A stretch of 64,000 nucleotides of DNA from Parcubacteria group bacterium (GTDB lineage: Bacteria; Patescibacteriota; Minisyncoccia; Phycocordibacterales; UBA2135). Numbering within the stretch: position 1 is the first letter of the stretch; each line of letters opens with the position of its first letter. Location of the stretch: positions 25,952 through 89,951 of the forward strand of contig JACQLS010000030.1 in NCBI GenBank assembly GCA_016204005.1, read 5' to 3'. Of this stretch, positions 54,578 through 64,000 are shown in pieces. Both the position numbers and the translations under genes were made by a program. The notes under the pieces are model-generated. The model was not told the origin of the DNA. It did no database searches and worked only from the letters and a program-made list of their open reading frames with translations.

Positions 54578-55765
54578 ATGGCGCGCACGTCCCAGATCGG
54601 TGTGCTTCGTGAACGTATGAAGGGTGAGCACAGAGTTGCCATCACCCCCGATGGTGTTCGCACCTTGTCTGAAAAAGGGCACGTCGTGTCTGTGGAATCC
54701 TCTGCGGGGAAGGGTTCTGGCTTTTCTGATGAAGACTATGTTGCGGCTGGGGCTGTACTACAGCCAACCGCCGGGGACGTTATTAACAATTCGAAAATCG
54801 TTGTGAAGGTAAAAGGACTCACGGCGGACGAACGTTCTGTGCTTCCCTTGCTTCGCAGTAAAGTGCTTTGCTGCTTTCCGCACTTTGCCGGGTATACCGA
54901 ACATTGGATGAAGCTATTTCTGGATCATGAAATTACGGTCTTTGGATATGAGACCATACAGAATGACGATGGCCGCCTACCCGTCCTTGCCCCAATGAGC
55001 GCAATCGCAGGTATCGCCGCGGTGCAATATGGCGCGCACTATCTGCAAAAGCAAAAGGGCGGTCTCGGAATAACACTGGGCGCTGTGTCATTGTCAGCGC
55101 ACGCCGGCCACATCATTATCGGAGAACCCACTGTTCCCACTGCAAACGTGGTAGTCGTTGGCGGAGGAGTCGCCGGATTTCATGCAGTAGAAACAGCCGC
55201 AGGTATGGGCGCTCGAGTGCTGTTGTTTGAGAAAAACCCCGGTGTGCGCGAGCGTTTGAGGGAATACTTTAAGAAAACTAATGCCGTCATCATTGTTGGT
55301 GACCCAGACAAGATTTTTCCCGAAGCGCTCAAGGAAGCCGATCTACTCATCAGCGCCGTTTCAAGCCCGGGTGCTCGAGCGCCGCACATTCTTGACAGTG
55401 CGATGGTGCATTCTATGAAAAGAGGCGCTGTCATCGTCGATATCGCGATTGATCAAGGCGGCTCGCTGTGGGGAGCAAGACCAACGAGCCACGAGCAACC
55501 AGTAACACAACTCGGCAATGGTGTCTTGTATTGCGCAATCCCCAACATCCCGGGACAATTTCCCCGGCAGTCGACTCCGGCTCTTGCGAGCGCGCTTAGG
55601 CCGTTCCTCGCCATCCTTGCCGATGAGGGTGTTTTGAAAGGAGTTACTAACTATTCTTTGCTTAAGTCAGGTCTCCAGACACACGGCGGATGGATTACAA
55701 ATGAAGCGGTCGCACGCGATTTAGGAATGATGAGTTATTTTCGTAAGCCGGAAGACGCGCTTTAG
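54578..55765 (+). CDS. ald: Alanine dehydrogenase
   Basis: EHRVAITP, GSGFSDEDY, YET, LAPMSAIAG, GGGVAG, DIAIDQGG, PNIPG. Confidence 0.9.
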   Translation: MARTSQIGVLRERMKGEHRVAITPDGVRTLSEKGHVVSVESSAGKGSGFSDEDYVAAGAVLQPTAGDVINNSKIVVKVKGLTADERSVLPLLRSKVLCCFPHFAGYTEHWMKLFLDHEITVFGYETIQNDDGRLPVLAPMSAIAGIAAVQYGAHYLQKQKGGLGITLGAVSLSAHAGHIIIGEPTVPTANVVVVGGGVAGFHAVETAAGMGARVLLFEKNPGVRERLREYFKKTNAVIIVGDPDKIFPEALKEADLLISAVSSPGARAPHILDSAMVHSMKRGAVIVDIAIDQGGSLWGARPTSHEQPVTQLGNGVLYCAIPNIPGQFPRQSTPALASALRPFLAILADEGVLKGVTNYSLLKSGLQTHGGWITNEAVARDLGMMSYFRKPEDAL

Positions 55766-55806
55766 TAGAACAAAAACGCAGTAGGTGCCGTATCGGCACC
55801 TTTTTC

Positions 55807-55841
55807 TTGCCATAAATACACCCATATTGTACAATGCTTTT
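55807..55841 (+). promoter_or_regulatory. Promoter of leaderless ftsH
   Basis: TTGCCA-17-TACAAT, six nt before ATG 55842. Confidence 0.65.
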
Positions 55842-57794
55842 ATGCAAGGTAAGGAGAAAAAAGCAGGGAAAATCGGCAAAAAAATACTAAAAGGGGTTAA
55901 AGAGGGCGGTATGAACCTGTCACCAAGGCAGGGCTTTTTTGGCAACGTGATGACGACACTGGTCATTCTCCTCATGATCGTCTTGGCTGCGTCCCTTTTT
56001 ATGACTGGCGAGAAAAAGACAGAAGAAATCGCAATCTCTCAAGTTGCGAAGGATATCCAAGCGGGAAGTGTGACGAAAGTTGTTGTTGAGGGAGAAGAGA
56101 TCACGCTTACCTACAAGGATGAGGTTACTAAGAAATCAAAGAAAGAACGAGAGACGGCACTCTCAGAGACGCTCGCGAACTACGGCGTGACTGCAGCGGA
56201 ACTTGCAACGATTGAAGTTGAGATCAAGAGAGAATCCGGCTTTTTCTACTGGCTGCTTCAGATAGCACCTTTCCTTTTGCCGCTCATCCTTATCGTTCTC
56301 TTCTTTTGGTACGTTTCGCGCCAAGTCAAAGGGGCGGGGATGCAAGCTTTTACCTTCGGACAGTCGAAGGCGCGCATGATTGATCCGGACGACAAAACAC
56401 AACGGGTACTTTTTAAAGATGTTGCAGGAGTGAAGGAGGCAAAGCACGAACTCGAAGAAGTCGTCGACTTTCTGAAGAGTCCAAAAAAGTTCCTCGACAT
56501 CGGTGCGCGGATCCCCAAGGGAGTGCTTCTCATGGGTGCTCCAGGTACGGGGAAGACGATGCTTGCGCGCGCGGTTGCGGGCGAAGCCAAGGTACCCTTT
56601 TTCTCCATCTCAGGTTCTGAATTTGTGGAGATGTTTGTCGGTGTAGGAGCTTCTCGTGTGCGAGACCTCTTCAAAATGGCAAAGAAAGTTGCTCCAGCAA
56701 TTGTCTTTATCGACGAGATCGACGCTGTCGGTCGTATCCGTGGCACAGGTATGGGTGGTGGGCACGACGAGCGTGAACAAACACTAAACCAAATTTTGGT
56801 AGAGATGGACGGCTTTGAGCCGAACGAGAAAGTAATCGTGATGGCGGCGACTAACCGCCCGGATGTTCTCGATCCCGCACTTCTTCGTCCGGGACGTTTC
56901 GATCGTCGGGTCATTCTTGATTTGCCGGACATTCATGATCGCGAGGCGATCTTGAAGATTCACTCAACCAAGAAGCCGCTCGCGGAGGATGTGAATCTTA
57001 AAATCATTGCGGAACGTACGCCAGGGTTCTCTGGCGCGGATCTGTACTCCCTCATGAACGAAGGAGCGATTCTTGCCGCACGGAACGACAGAAAAACAGT
57101 CACGCAACACGACCTCATTCGCTCGATAGAGAAGGTGATGCTAGGCCCCGAACGGCAGAGCCACCTCCTTTCGAAGAAAGAAAAAGAGATAACCGCTTAC
57201 CACGAGGCTGGGCATGCGCTTGTTGCCTCCATTTTGCCTCACGCGGACCCAGTCCATAAGATCTCGATCGTCTCGCGTGGACATGCGGGCGGCTATACAC
57301 TGAAGCTCCCACTTGAAGAGCGGCGCCTTCAGTCGCGTCGCGAATTTCTCGATGACATTGGTGTGTCACTCGGTGGATATGTTGCCGAAGAAATGATCTT
57401 TGGCGATATTACGACTGGGCCATCAAATGACCTCCAGGTTGGGTCTGCGCTTGCACGTGACATGGTGACAAAGTACGGCATGTCAGATGGGCTTGGGGCT
57501 GTTGCCTATGAAGAATCCGGTGGGCGTTCATACTTGGGACGTACGCGTGGAAGCGCCGATCGAGAATACTCTGAAGATATCTCTGCAAAAATAGACAAAG
57601 AAGTTGCGAAAATTGTTGACCGAGCATTGAAGCAGGTGAAAGAGCTTCTTACAAAACACCGAGATGTTCTCGAAGCGATTGCCCTGGAACTCATCCGTGT
57701 TGAGACACTTGAACGTGCTGAATTCGAAGCGCTCCTCAGGAAACACGGCATAAGCCCGAAGAGTAAAGTTGAGGCAACAGAAAAAACAAAGTAG
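55842..57794 (+). CDS. ftsH: ATP-dependent zinc metalloprotease FtsH
   Basis: Two TM helices, [29 protein letters not shown]. Confidence 0.98.
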   Translation: MQGKEKKAGKIGKKILKGVKEGGMNLSPRQGFFGNVMTTLVILLMIVLAASLFMTGEKKTEEIAISQVAKDIQAGSVTKVVVEGEEITLTYKDEVTKKSKKERETALSETLANYGVTAAELATIEVEIKRESGFFYWLLQIAPFLLPLILIVLFFWYVSRQVKGAGMQAFTFGQSKARMIDPDDKTQRVLFKDVAGVKEAKHELEEVVDFLKSPKKFLDIGARIPKGVLLMGAPGTGKTMLARAVAGEAKVPFFSISGSEFVEMFVGVGASRVRDLFKMAKKVAPAIVFIDEIDAVGRIRGTGMGGGHDEREQTLNQILVEMDGFEPNEKVIVMAATNRPDVLDPALLRPGRFDRRVILDLPDIHDREAILKIHSTKKPLAEDVNLKIIAERTPGFSGADLYSLMNEGAILAARNDRKTVTQHDLIRSIEKVMLGPERQSHLLSKKEKEITAYHEAGHALVASILPHADPVHKISIVSRGHAGGYTLKLPLEERRLQSRREFLDDIGVSLGGYVAEEMIFGDITTGPSNDLQVGSALARDMVTKYGMSDGLGAVAYEESGGRSYLGRTRGSADREYSEDISAKIDKEVAKIVDRALKQVKELLTKHRDVLEAIALELIRVETLERAEFEALLRKHGISPKSKVEATEKTK

Positions 57795-57828
57795 TATAGA
57801 GAAGACCAAAGCCGCTACGGCTTAGGGC

Positions 57829-57901
57829 GTGCCCGTAGCTCAATGGTTAGAGCACAGAGCTTATACCTCTGCGGTTCCTGGTTCGAGTCCAGGCGGGCAC
57901 A
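57829..57901 (+). tRNA. tRNA-Ile (anticodon UAU)
   Basis: Acceptor GTGCCCG/CGGGCAC+A, D-arm GCTC/GAGC, anticodon stem CAGAG/CTCTG with loop CT-TAT-AC, T-loop TTCGAGT; CCA not encoded. Confidence 0.9.
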
Positions 57902-57913
57902 TAGAGTTGTATC

Positions 57914-58831
57914 ATGCGTTCCGTATTTGAGAAAAACGGCATAACATGGGTGAAGGTGACCGAGCCCAACAGGGGCGACTTTAAGTTTGTCAAAAACTTA
58001 TTTCCCTTCCACCCGCTTGTCATCGAATCCATCGAGTCGCCGACACTTCACCCAGCGCTCGAACAATACAAAGACCACCTCTTCCTTATTCTCCACTTTC
58101 CAATCATTTACCGTGATGCATCGAAAAACAAAGCAGTGGAGGTGGATTTTCTTATCACTAAGAATACACTTGTGACACTGACATATGAACCATATGCTCA
58201 GCTCGACAAGATGTTTAAGAAGTTCGAGAAAGACGAAGAACTACAAAATGAGCTCTTGGGGGAGCACACCGGGAAGCTCGTCCACGGCACCATTGAATGG
58301 CTCATGAAATCGCTCCTAAACGATCTTGATTTCCTTGAGGAAACAGTGACAGACATTGAAGATAGGATTTTCGAAGAGAAACACGCCTCAATCATTGAAG
58401 AGATCTCGAACGTACGGCGCGACATATTGGATTTTCGCCGGACGACTGCTCCGCATCAGACTATTTTAAAACAGCTTTTGCCCCAGGTTGCGAAGGAATT
58501 TTACGGGAACGATATGGAGCCATATTTCGTGGACCTCGCGAGAAACGAAAGCAAAGTGCGGCACCTCATAGAAAACCACAAGGAGACGATTGAGGCGCTC
58601 CATGCGACAAACGAATCGCTGACCTCAAACAGGGTCTCAAAGATCGTGACGCTTCTCACTATATTCTCGACTATCATTCTGCCGCTCAACTTCATGGCAT
58701 CCCTTTGGGGGATGAACCATGAGTTTTTGCCGCTCCGCGATGGTCCGTATGACTTTTGGGTTCTTCTCACGCTCATGTTTGTCATAGGGGCAACCCTTAT
58801 TATCTACTTCCGTCATATGAAGTGGTTATAG
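57914..58831 (+). CDS. corA: CorA-family Mg2+ transporter
   Basis: HPLVIE, WGMN signature between two C-terminal TM helices. Confidence 0.92.
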   Translation: MRSVFEKNGITWVKVTEPNRGDFKFVKNLFPFHPLVIESIESPTLHPALEQYKDHLFLILHFPIIYRDASKNKAVEVDFLITKNTLVTLTYEPYAQLDKMFKKFEKDEELQNELLGEHTGKLVHGTIEWLMKSLLNDLDFLEETVTDIEDRIFEEKHASIIEEISNVRRDILDFRRTTAPHQTILKQLLPQVAKEFYGNDMEPYFVDLARNESKVRHLIENHKETIEALHATNESLTSNRVSKIVTLLTIFSTIILPLNFMASLWGMNHEFLPLRDGPYDFWVLLTLMFVIGATLIIYFRHMKWL

Positions 58832-58936
58832 TATCTCGATCTTTGGGAAGGCCGCGCCGAACTCTGCGCGGCCTTTTTGATTTTAAAAAGTCCCCAGCCT
58901 TCTTGCGTGCAAAAGAGGTCGTAGTATTATAAGAGT

Positions 58937-59170
58937 ATGGATACTGGAATAAAAATAAGTCCCGCCCTAATTGGCGCAGGAGTTCTCGTCCTTATTCTCA
59001 TTGTGATCGGCTTCTGGTTTTTACCGCAGAAGCAAGAGGGCGCGCTTCAAAGTGCCGAGGAGGCAAGTGGGGCAGTGCCAGAGATCTCGACTAATCCGGC
59101 CGAGTCGGTGCCAGAGGTAAACCCAGTCGATCGTGCGAACCCCTTTAAATACGATAATCCCCTCCGATAA
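58937..59170 (+). CDS. Small single-TM protein
   Basis: N-terminal TM, repeated VPE..NP; TATTAT six nt before ATG. Confidence 0.7.
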   Translation: MDTGIKISPALIGAGVLVLILIVIGFWFLPQKQEGALQSAEEASGAVPEISTNPAESVPEVNPVDRANPFKYDNPLR

Positions 59171-59173
59171 CAT

Positions 59174-61672
59174 ATGTCCCTTGTTCTCTCTAAAAAATTG
59201 TCAGCCCTCACGATCTTTTTCGCAGGGCTCTTTATGAGTTTGTCTCTTGTTGCTACCGCTCTCGCGGCGACACAAGACTCCTCGATTTCTTTGAAGAAAG
59301 ACCCCAGCTCTGGACTTTTCGTCCTTACTGTGAGAGACCCGGACGGCATTCAGGAGTTCTCTCTTAAGCCAGTTAGGGGGTCTTCTTATGGTGGCGGGCT
59401 AGGTAGCTGTCCTCGGACTTTCACGAGCGACAATGTCGCTGTCTTCACCGACCTCTCTTTTGATCCGGCAATGCCAGCTTTTGTCATTGACTGTAATAAC
59501 AACACAACCGAACTTGAAATCGGCGCTCTTAAAAATGGGTTCACCTCAAGCAGCATTGTGAAGAAAGAAACGCCAGTCACGGAGTCCGTCGATGCAGCCA
59601 CCACACCAACATCCACGAAACAAGAAGAAAAGGAAGAAGACGAGAGTTCCCTCGGGAACGTAACATTTCCCGTGCCGGAACTGGGCAACTGCAAGAGTGA
59701 GAATGATTGCCGGTCCTATTGCGATAACGCCGATCATGCTAAGGAGTGCCTCACCTTTGCTAAGAAGCACAACCTTATCTCCGAAGAAGAAGCTGAAGAG
59801 GCGGCCGACAAGTTTTTGAATGTTAAAAATGGCCCAGGGGGATGCGATTCATGGTCTTCCTGCGAATCATATTGCAGCAGCATTGACCGTTTGGACGAAT
59901 GTATTTCGTTTGCCGAGAAATCAGGGCACTCAAATGAAAAGATAGCAGAAGCAAAAAAGATTCAGGCCTTAGTCAAAAGTGGCAAGCAATTTCCGGGTGG
60001 TTGCAAAGATCGAAACTCATGCGAGCTGTATTGTGCAGACGTAACACACATGGAAGAGTGTATTGCCTTTGCCGAAGATGCTGGTTTTATGCCGGAAGAG
60101 GAGTTGAGGCAAGCAAAGAAGATTCTACCATTGATGAAGCGTGGCGAAATGCCGGGCGGATGCACCTCCAAGGAACAGTGCGAGAAATACTGTGAAGCCG
60201 AAACCCACTTTGAAGAATGTATCGCTTTTGCCGAAAAGGCAGACCTTCTTTCTGGTGAAGAAAAAGAGATGTTGAGAAAGACGGGCGGGAAGGGGCCTGG
60301 CGGTTGTAAGGGCAAAAAACAATGCGAGGCATATTGCGAGACCAACTCAGAAGCGTGTTTCAACTGGGCGAAAGAAAATGGTGTTTTGAAAGAAGAAGAT
60401 CTTGCAAAAATGCGCGAGGGAATGACACGCTTCCGCGACGAACTCGATAAGATGCCTCCGGAGGTTGTATCTTGTCTCAAACAGAACATGGGCGAGGAAA
60501 ACTTCACAAAGATGTCGAGTGGCGAGCCTGTGTTCGACCGCTCTCTTGAGGGCAAAATGAAATCATGCTTCGGCGCCATAACCAAACAAGTAAGCAGCCA
60601 ACTGCACTCTCTGCCACCAGAAGCAGCCGAGTGTATCAAGAACACTATAGGAGAAGACGGCCTCTCGAAGCTTCAAAGCGGAGAGTTTGATCCCACCACC
60701 ACCGATTTTGGTAGTTTGGAGACCTGTTTCCAAAAGATACAGGAGTCATTCGGTGGTCCAGGAGGTTTGGGAGGGCCAGGCGGTTGCAAATCTAAGGAAG
60801 AATGTCAGGCGTATTGTGAATCTAACCAAGAAGAGTGCAAAGGCTTCAGCCCTTCAGGTGGCGGCGGTTTCTCGGGAGGGGGATCAGGTGGCTTCTCCGG
60901 TCCAGGCGGGTGCCATTCAATAGATGAATGCACCGCGTATTGTGAAGGCAATCCCGAAAAGTGCCAAAACTTCGGACCTTCAGGTGGCGGCGGGTTTCCG
61001 GGTGGTCCCGACGGCGGATTCCCTGGCGATGGGGCGACCAGAGAACAATTCCCCGGCGGTGGAGCAACGGGCGGCGGGTTTCCGGGAGGACCAGGCGGGT
61101 GCACCAGCCAAGAAGAGTGCAGGGTGTACTGTGAAAAAAATCCAAGAGAATGCCAAGGGTTTACTCCTCCCGGTGGAGGTCCTGCCTACCAAAACGAGTC
61201 GCAGATAAGGCATGATGGAGGAGCCGAAGAATGCGCAAAGCGGGGCGGCAAATTTGATGGTAGTACGTGTGTCTTTCCCGAGAGGTCTATAGACGGAAGG
61301 AATACATCGATATGCCCCTCTATGCCTACTGTTGATTCCTGTCCCTCTGGACAAGAGAAGGTCGTGACCTTCAAGTCGAGTGAGTGTGGTGAATATTACG
61401 GATGTAAACCGGCATCCAATACAGAAGTGACTAATCCCAGCTCCGGTTACGAGCAACAATACAAAGAAGAATACCAGAGACAATACGAAGAGCAGTACAA
61501 ATTACAGTATCAACCACAGTATCAGCCGCCACCAGCACCATATCCGGACAGCGGTACATACCAACCGCCAACTACTGCACCGCAAGAGGGCGAGACGCGC
61601 CTGTATCAAGCTCCTGAGGGCTCACTCGGAGCAAATGTTCGAGCAATCTTAAGCGGCCTTGCTCATAAGTAG
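59174..61672 (+). CDS. Secreted Cys-rich repeat protein
   Basis: Signal peptide; eight C-x5-C-x2-YC-x6/8-C repeats; Gly-rich linkers. Confidence 0.85.
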   Translation: MSLVLSKKLSALTIFFAGLFMSLSLVATALAATQDSSISLKKDPSSGLFVLTVRDPDGIQEFSLKPVRGSSYGGGLGSCPRTFTSDNVAVFTDLSFDPAMPAFVIDCNNNTTELEIGALKNGFTSSSIVKKETPVTESVDAATTPTSTKQEEKEEDESSLGNVTFPVPELGNCKSENDCRSYCDNADHAKECLTFAKKHNLISEEEAEEAADKFLNVKNGPGGCDSWSSCESYCSSIDRLDECISFAEKSGHSNEKIAEAKKIQALVKSGKQFPGGCKDRNSCELYCADVTHMEECIAFAEDAGFMPEEELRQAKKILPLMKRGEMPGGCTSKEQCEKYCEAETHFEECIAFAEKADLLSGEEKEMLRKTGGKGPGGCKGKKQCEAYCETNSEACFNWAKENGVLKEEDLAKMREGMTRFRDELDKMPPEVVSCLKQNMGEENFTKMSSGEPVFDRSLEGKMKSCFGAITKQVSSQLHSLPPEAAECIKNTIGEDGLSKLQSGEFDPTTTDFGSLETCFQKIQESFGGPGGLGGPGGCKSKEECQAYCESNQEECKGFSPSGGGGFSGGGSGGFSGPGGCHSIDECTAYCEGNPEKCQNFGPSGGGGFPGGPDGGFPGDGATREQFPGGGATGGGFPGGPGGCTSQEECRVYCEKNPRECQGFTPPGGGPAYQNESQIRHDGGAEECAKRGGKFDGSTCVFPERSIDGRNTSICPSMPTVDSCPSGQEKVVTFKSSECGEYYGCKPASNTEVTNPSSGYEQQYKEEYQRQYEEQYKLQYQPQYQPPPAPYPDSGTYQPPTTAPQEGETRLYQAPEGSLGANVRAILSGLAHK

Positions 61673-61816
61673 TAAAGAAATATCTGTGAAATCACCCCCG
61701 ACAGCATCATCGGAGGTGATTTCTTTTGTGCTTTTGCGTTTTCGAAGGTCGTCTTCCAGCGCGGGCGTTTTTTGGTATACTGCCGTAAGAGTCCGTTGTC
61801 TTGGAAGTGTGGTGGC

Positions 61817-62458
61817 ATGAGTCGCCCTCCCTCAAGAAAGACCACAAAAAAAGTTGGGGAACTCCCCGCGCTTGAATTGACATCGCTCATACACGCCCTG
61901 GTGGCCGATGAGGTCAAGGGCTCCTTTGAAGATATTTGGCGACGAGTTCATTTACCCCTCCTCCTGAAGCGCCAAGTGTTGCTTTTTGGTGTGATTGACG
62001 AGGATACATCGGAGCGCGTCATAGAAAGTTTGCTGCTCCTTGAGGCAGGTTCGGATCTTCCCATCACACTCTACGTACATTCGCATGGTGGCGACATAGA
62101 TGCGTCGCTTGAGATTTGTGCCGCCATCCAGCATCTCGAAGCCCCCGTTGACGCAATCGTCGTCGGTAAGGCACAGTCATCCGCCTTTCATATTCTGCAA
62201 GCGTGCAGGAAAAGAAATGCGTATTCGTGCGCTACGTTCATGTTGCATGGCCCTCGATTCGTGAATCTCCGTACGGATGCACCCGGGTTTAACAGAAATG
62301 TTCGACAAATGAGGCGTGATTTTGAAAGCATCCTTCAAATGATTGCAGACAGAAGTCGTCTTTCTCTGGAGGAGATTCGTGCGTTCTCTCGCGAGGAAGC
62401 AACGTTCACTGCCGCAGAAGCTCTTCGCCACGGTTTTATTGACACCATCATACGTTAA
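61817..62458 (+). CDS. clpP: ClpP-like protease subunit (divergent)
   Basis: ITLYVHSHGG, KAQSSA, FMLHGP, AAEALRHGFID. Confidence 0.8.
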   Translation: MSRPPSRKTTKKVGELPALELTSLIHALVADEVKGSFEDIWRRVHLPLLLKRQVLLFGVIDEDTSERVIESLLLLEAGSDLPITLYVHSHGGDIDASLEICAAIQHLEAPVDAIVVGKAQSSAFHILQACRKRNAYSCATFMLHGPRFVNLRTDAPGFNRNVRQMRRDFESILQMIADRSRLSLEEIRAFSREEATFTAAEALRHGFIDTIIR

Positions 62459-62516
62459 AGCAAAAGCGGTCGCCTCAGCCAGTTGACGGAGGCGACCCTT
62501 TTTATGAGAAACTGCT

Positions 62517-64000
62517 CTATTCCCAATGTGTTTCTTCGGTTGTGAGGTGCTTTGCGATGAGGGGATGTTCCGCGAGTACCGGGTCTTCATCGAGAAGCGC
62601 CGCGGCCTCCGCGCGCGCCGCTTCGACCATCTTTAAGTTTTGAATCGCTTCCATGCCGAGGTCCGAAATGCCCCACTGTTTTTTGCCTGAGAGTTCACCC
62701 GCGCCGCGTAATCGGAGATCGAGCTCCGCAAGTTCAAAGCCGTTGTTTGCGTCCCGGAGTGCGTGCAATCGCGCAAGCGCGGCCCCTTTTGTGTCGGGAA
62801 ATACATAACAATACGCTTGGTGCGTTGAGCGTAATACTCGGCCGCGAAGTTGATGGAGTTGCGCCAAACCAAACCGCTCCGCACCCTCAATAATGATGAC
62901 CGTCGCATTCGGCACGTTCACCCCAACCTCAATGACGGAAGTTGCCACGAGAATCTGAACCTCTTTGTTTAAAAACTTTTGCATTACATCCTCCCGCTCT
63001 TTCGACTTCATCTTGCTGTGGAGGATTTCTATTGCATATTCGGGAAATACATCTTTTTTAAGTCGTTTTGCCTCTTCCTTGACCGACTTTACCAAAAGGG
63101 CGCGCTCTTTCTCGGGGTCGGGTTCGTCGATGCGTGGGCAAATGACATAGACTTGTCGCCCTTCTTTAAGTTCCTCGCGCGCTTTTTCATACGCACCCGT
63201 TCTCTCTTGGGGAGGCACGATGTGCGTTGCGACAGGCTTTCTTCCCTTCGGCATCTCACTCAAGAGTGTTAAATCAAGGTCGCCGTAAATGGTGAGCGCA
63301 AGCGTGCGGGGAATTGGGGTTGCTGTCATAGAAAGAAGATGCGGCACCCGCTTGTCCTTTCGTACAAGTTCGAATCGTTGCATTGTTCCAAACCTGTGTT
63401 GCTCATCGATTACGACATATGCAAGGTCTTTGAACTTCACGTGTTTTTGAATAAGCGCATGGGTGCCGACCACGATAGGAATCTCGCCGTTCGCCACCCA
63501 CTTCAAGAGTTGGCTTCGCGAGATGCTCGTAGCATCACCCGGATGCACTTTTGATGGAAATTTGTAGCATCCACTTCCGGTAATGAGGCCTATTTGAATC
63601 GGTAAATGCGAGAAGAGGTCAATGAATGACGCGAAGTGTTGCCTTGCGAGGATCTCGGTTGGGGCCATAATGGCGGCCTGAAGATTGCCGAAGTCTTGGA
63701 GTTTACCTTCCGCATGGTCGAAGGGGCGTGACGTGACAATGGCGTGCGCGGTTATGGCCGCGACCGCCGTTTTGCCGGAACCAACATCTCCTTCGAGGAG
63801 TCGCGTCATCGGCTTCCCCTTGCAGAAGTCATCAAGGATTGCGTGGACAGCATCATTTTGTGAGTGCGTGAGCTCGAAAGGAAAGCGCTTCGTGAACTCG
63901 GCAGCGGCTTCATCCGCAACTTTCACTGGAAAGGTCTCATGCGTCTTGTATTCTTGCCGCGCCTTTTGTCTCGAAAGTTGTATGAAAAAGACCTCTTCAA
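62517..64000 (-). CDS. recG: ATP-dependent DNA helicase RecG (5' part outside window)
   Basis: RLLEGDVGSGKT, APTEILARQH, IDEQHRFG, MTATPIPRTL, AERFGLAQLHQLRGRV; frame open to the window edge. Confidence 0.97.
   Translation of the reverse strand, partial: EEVFFIQLSRQKARQEYKTHETFPVKVADEAAAEFTKRFPFELTHSQNDAVHAILDDFCKGKPMTRLLEGDVGSGKTAVAAITAHAIVTSRPFDHAEGKLQDFGNLQAAIMAPTEILARQHFASFIDLFSHLPIQIGLITGSGCYKFPSKVHPGDATSISRSQLLKWVANGEIPIVVGTHALIQKHVKFKDLAYVVIDEQHRFGTMQRFELVRKDKRVPHLLSMTATPIPRTLALTIYGDLDLTLLSEMPKGRKPVATHIVPPQERTGAYEKAREELKEGRQVYVICPRIDEPDPEKERALLVKSVKEEAKRLKKDVFPEYAIEILHSKMKSKEREDVMQKFLNKEVQILVATSVIEVGVNVPNATVIIIEGAERFGLAQLHQLRGRVLRSTHQAYCYVFPDTKGAALARLHALRDANNGFELAELDLRLRGAGELSGKKQWGISDLGMEAIQNLKMVEAARAEAAALLDEDPVLAEHPLIAKHLTTEETHWE

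Noticed and set aside
47043-55765. Integrated genomic island bounded by tmRNA att sites
   Set aside because: The only 3'-end duplicate I found is at 47029-47042; no integrase or distal att seen, so only called accessory.
60750-61180. GGCGGCGG-rich DNA repeats as a nucleic-acid element
   Set aside because: Explained by Gly-rich protein repeats with synonymous variation.
1-64000. CRISPR array, rRNA, integrase/transposase, prophage or reverse transcriptase
   Set aside because: No regularly spaced 25-40 bp repeats, rRNA-like tracts or such protein motifs seen.

Overview
64 kb of a bacterial chromosome with hallmarks of Patescibacteria (CPR, probably Parcubacteria; inference): no rpmD/uL30 in the spc cluster, many apparently leaderless genes, a stand-alone VirD4/TraG-like ATPase and a Cys-repeat surface protein. 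TGA acts as stop (code 11). Core content: argS, ileS, recO, rpmB, str/S10/spc ribosomal cluster with secY-adk-map, ndk, infC-rpmI-rplT, smpB/tmRNA, ftsH, tRNA-Ile, corA, a ClpP-like gene and partial recG. Main points of interest: (1) an indoleamine 2,3-dioxygenase beside a convergent cluster of HxGH nucleotidyltransferase + dCMP deaminase and a ThyA lacking most phosphate-binding arginines + DHFR-HIT fusion; (2) IleRS with an inserted histidine-phosphatase domain and a rare tRNA-Ile(UAU); (3) a 120-bp inverted-repeat element in the smpB start codon, and antisense flanks on both tmRNA ends; (4) a stand-alone rod-shaped ncRNA after ndk; (5) matching promoter+hairpin leaders before rpsS and rpsN; (6) natural S12 K43R and SecY prlA1-like residues; (7) a VirD4-like ATPase followed by candidate exported proteins. 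All product calls come from motif recognition by eye; no database search was run.
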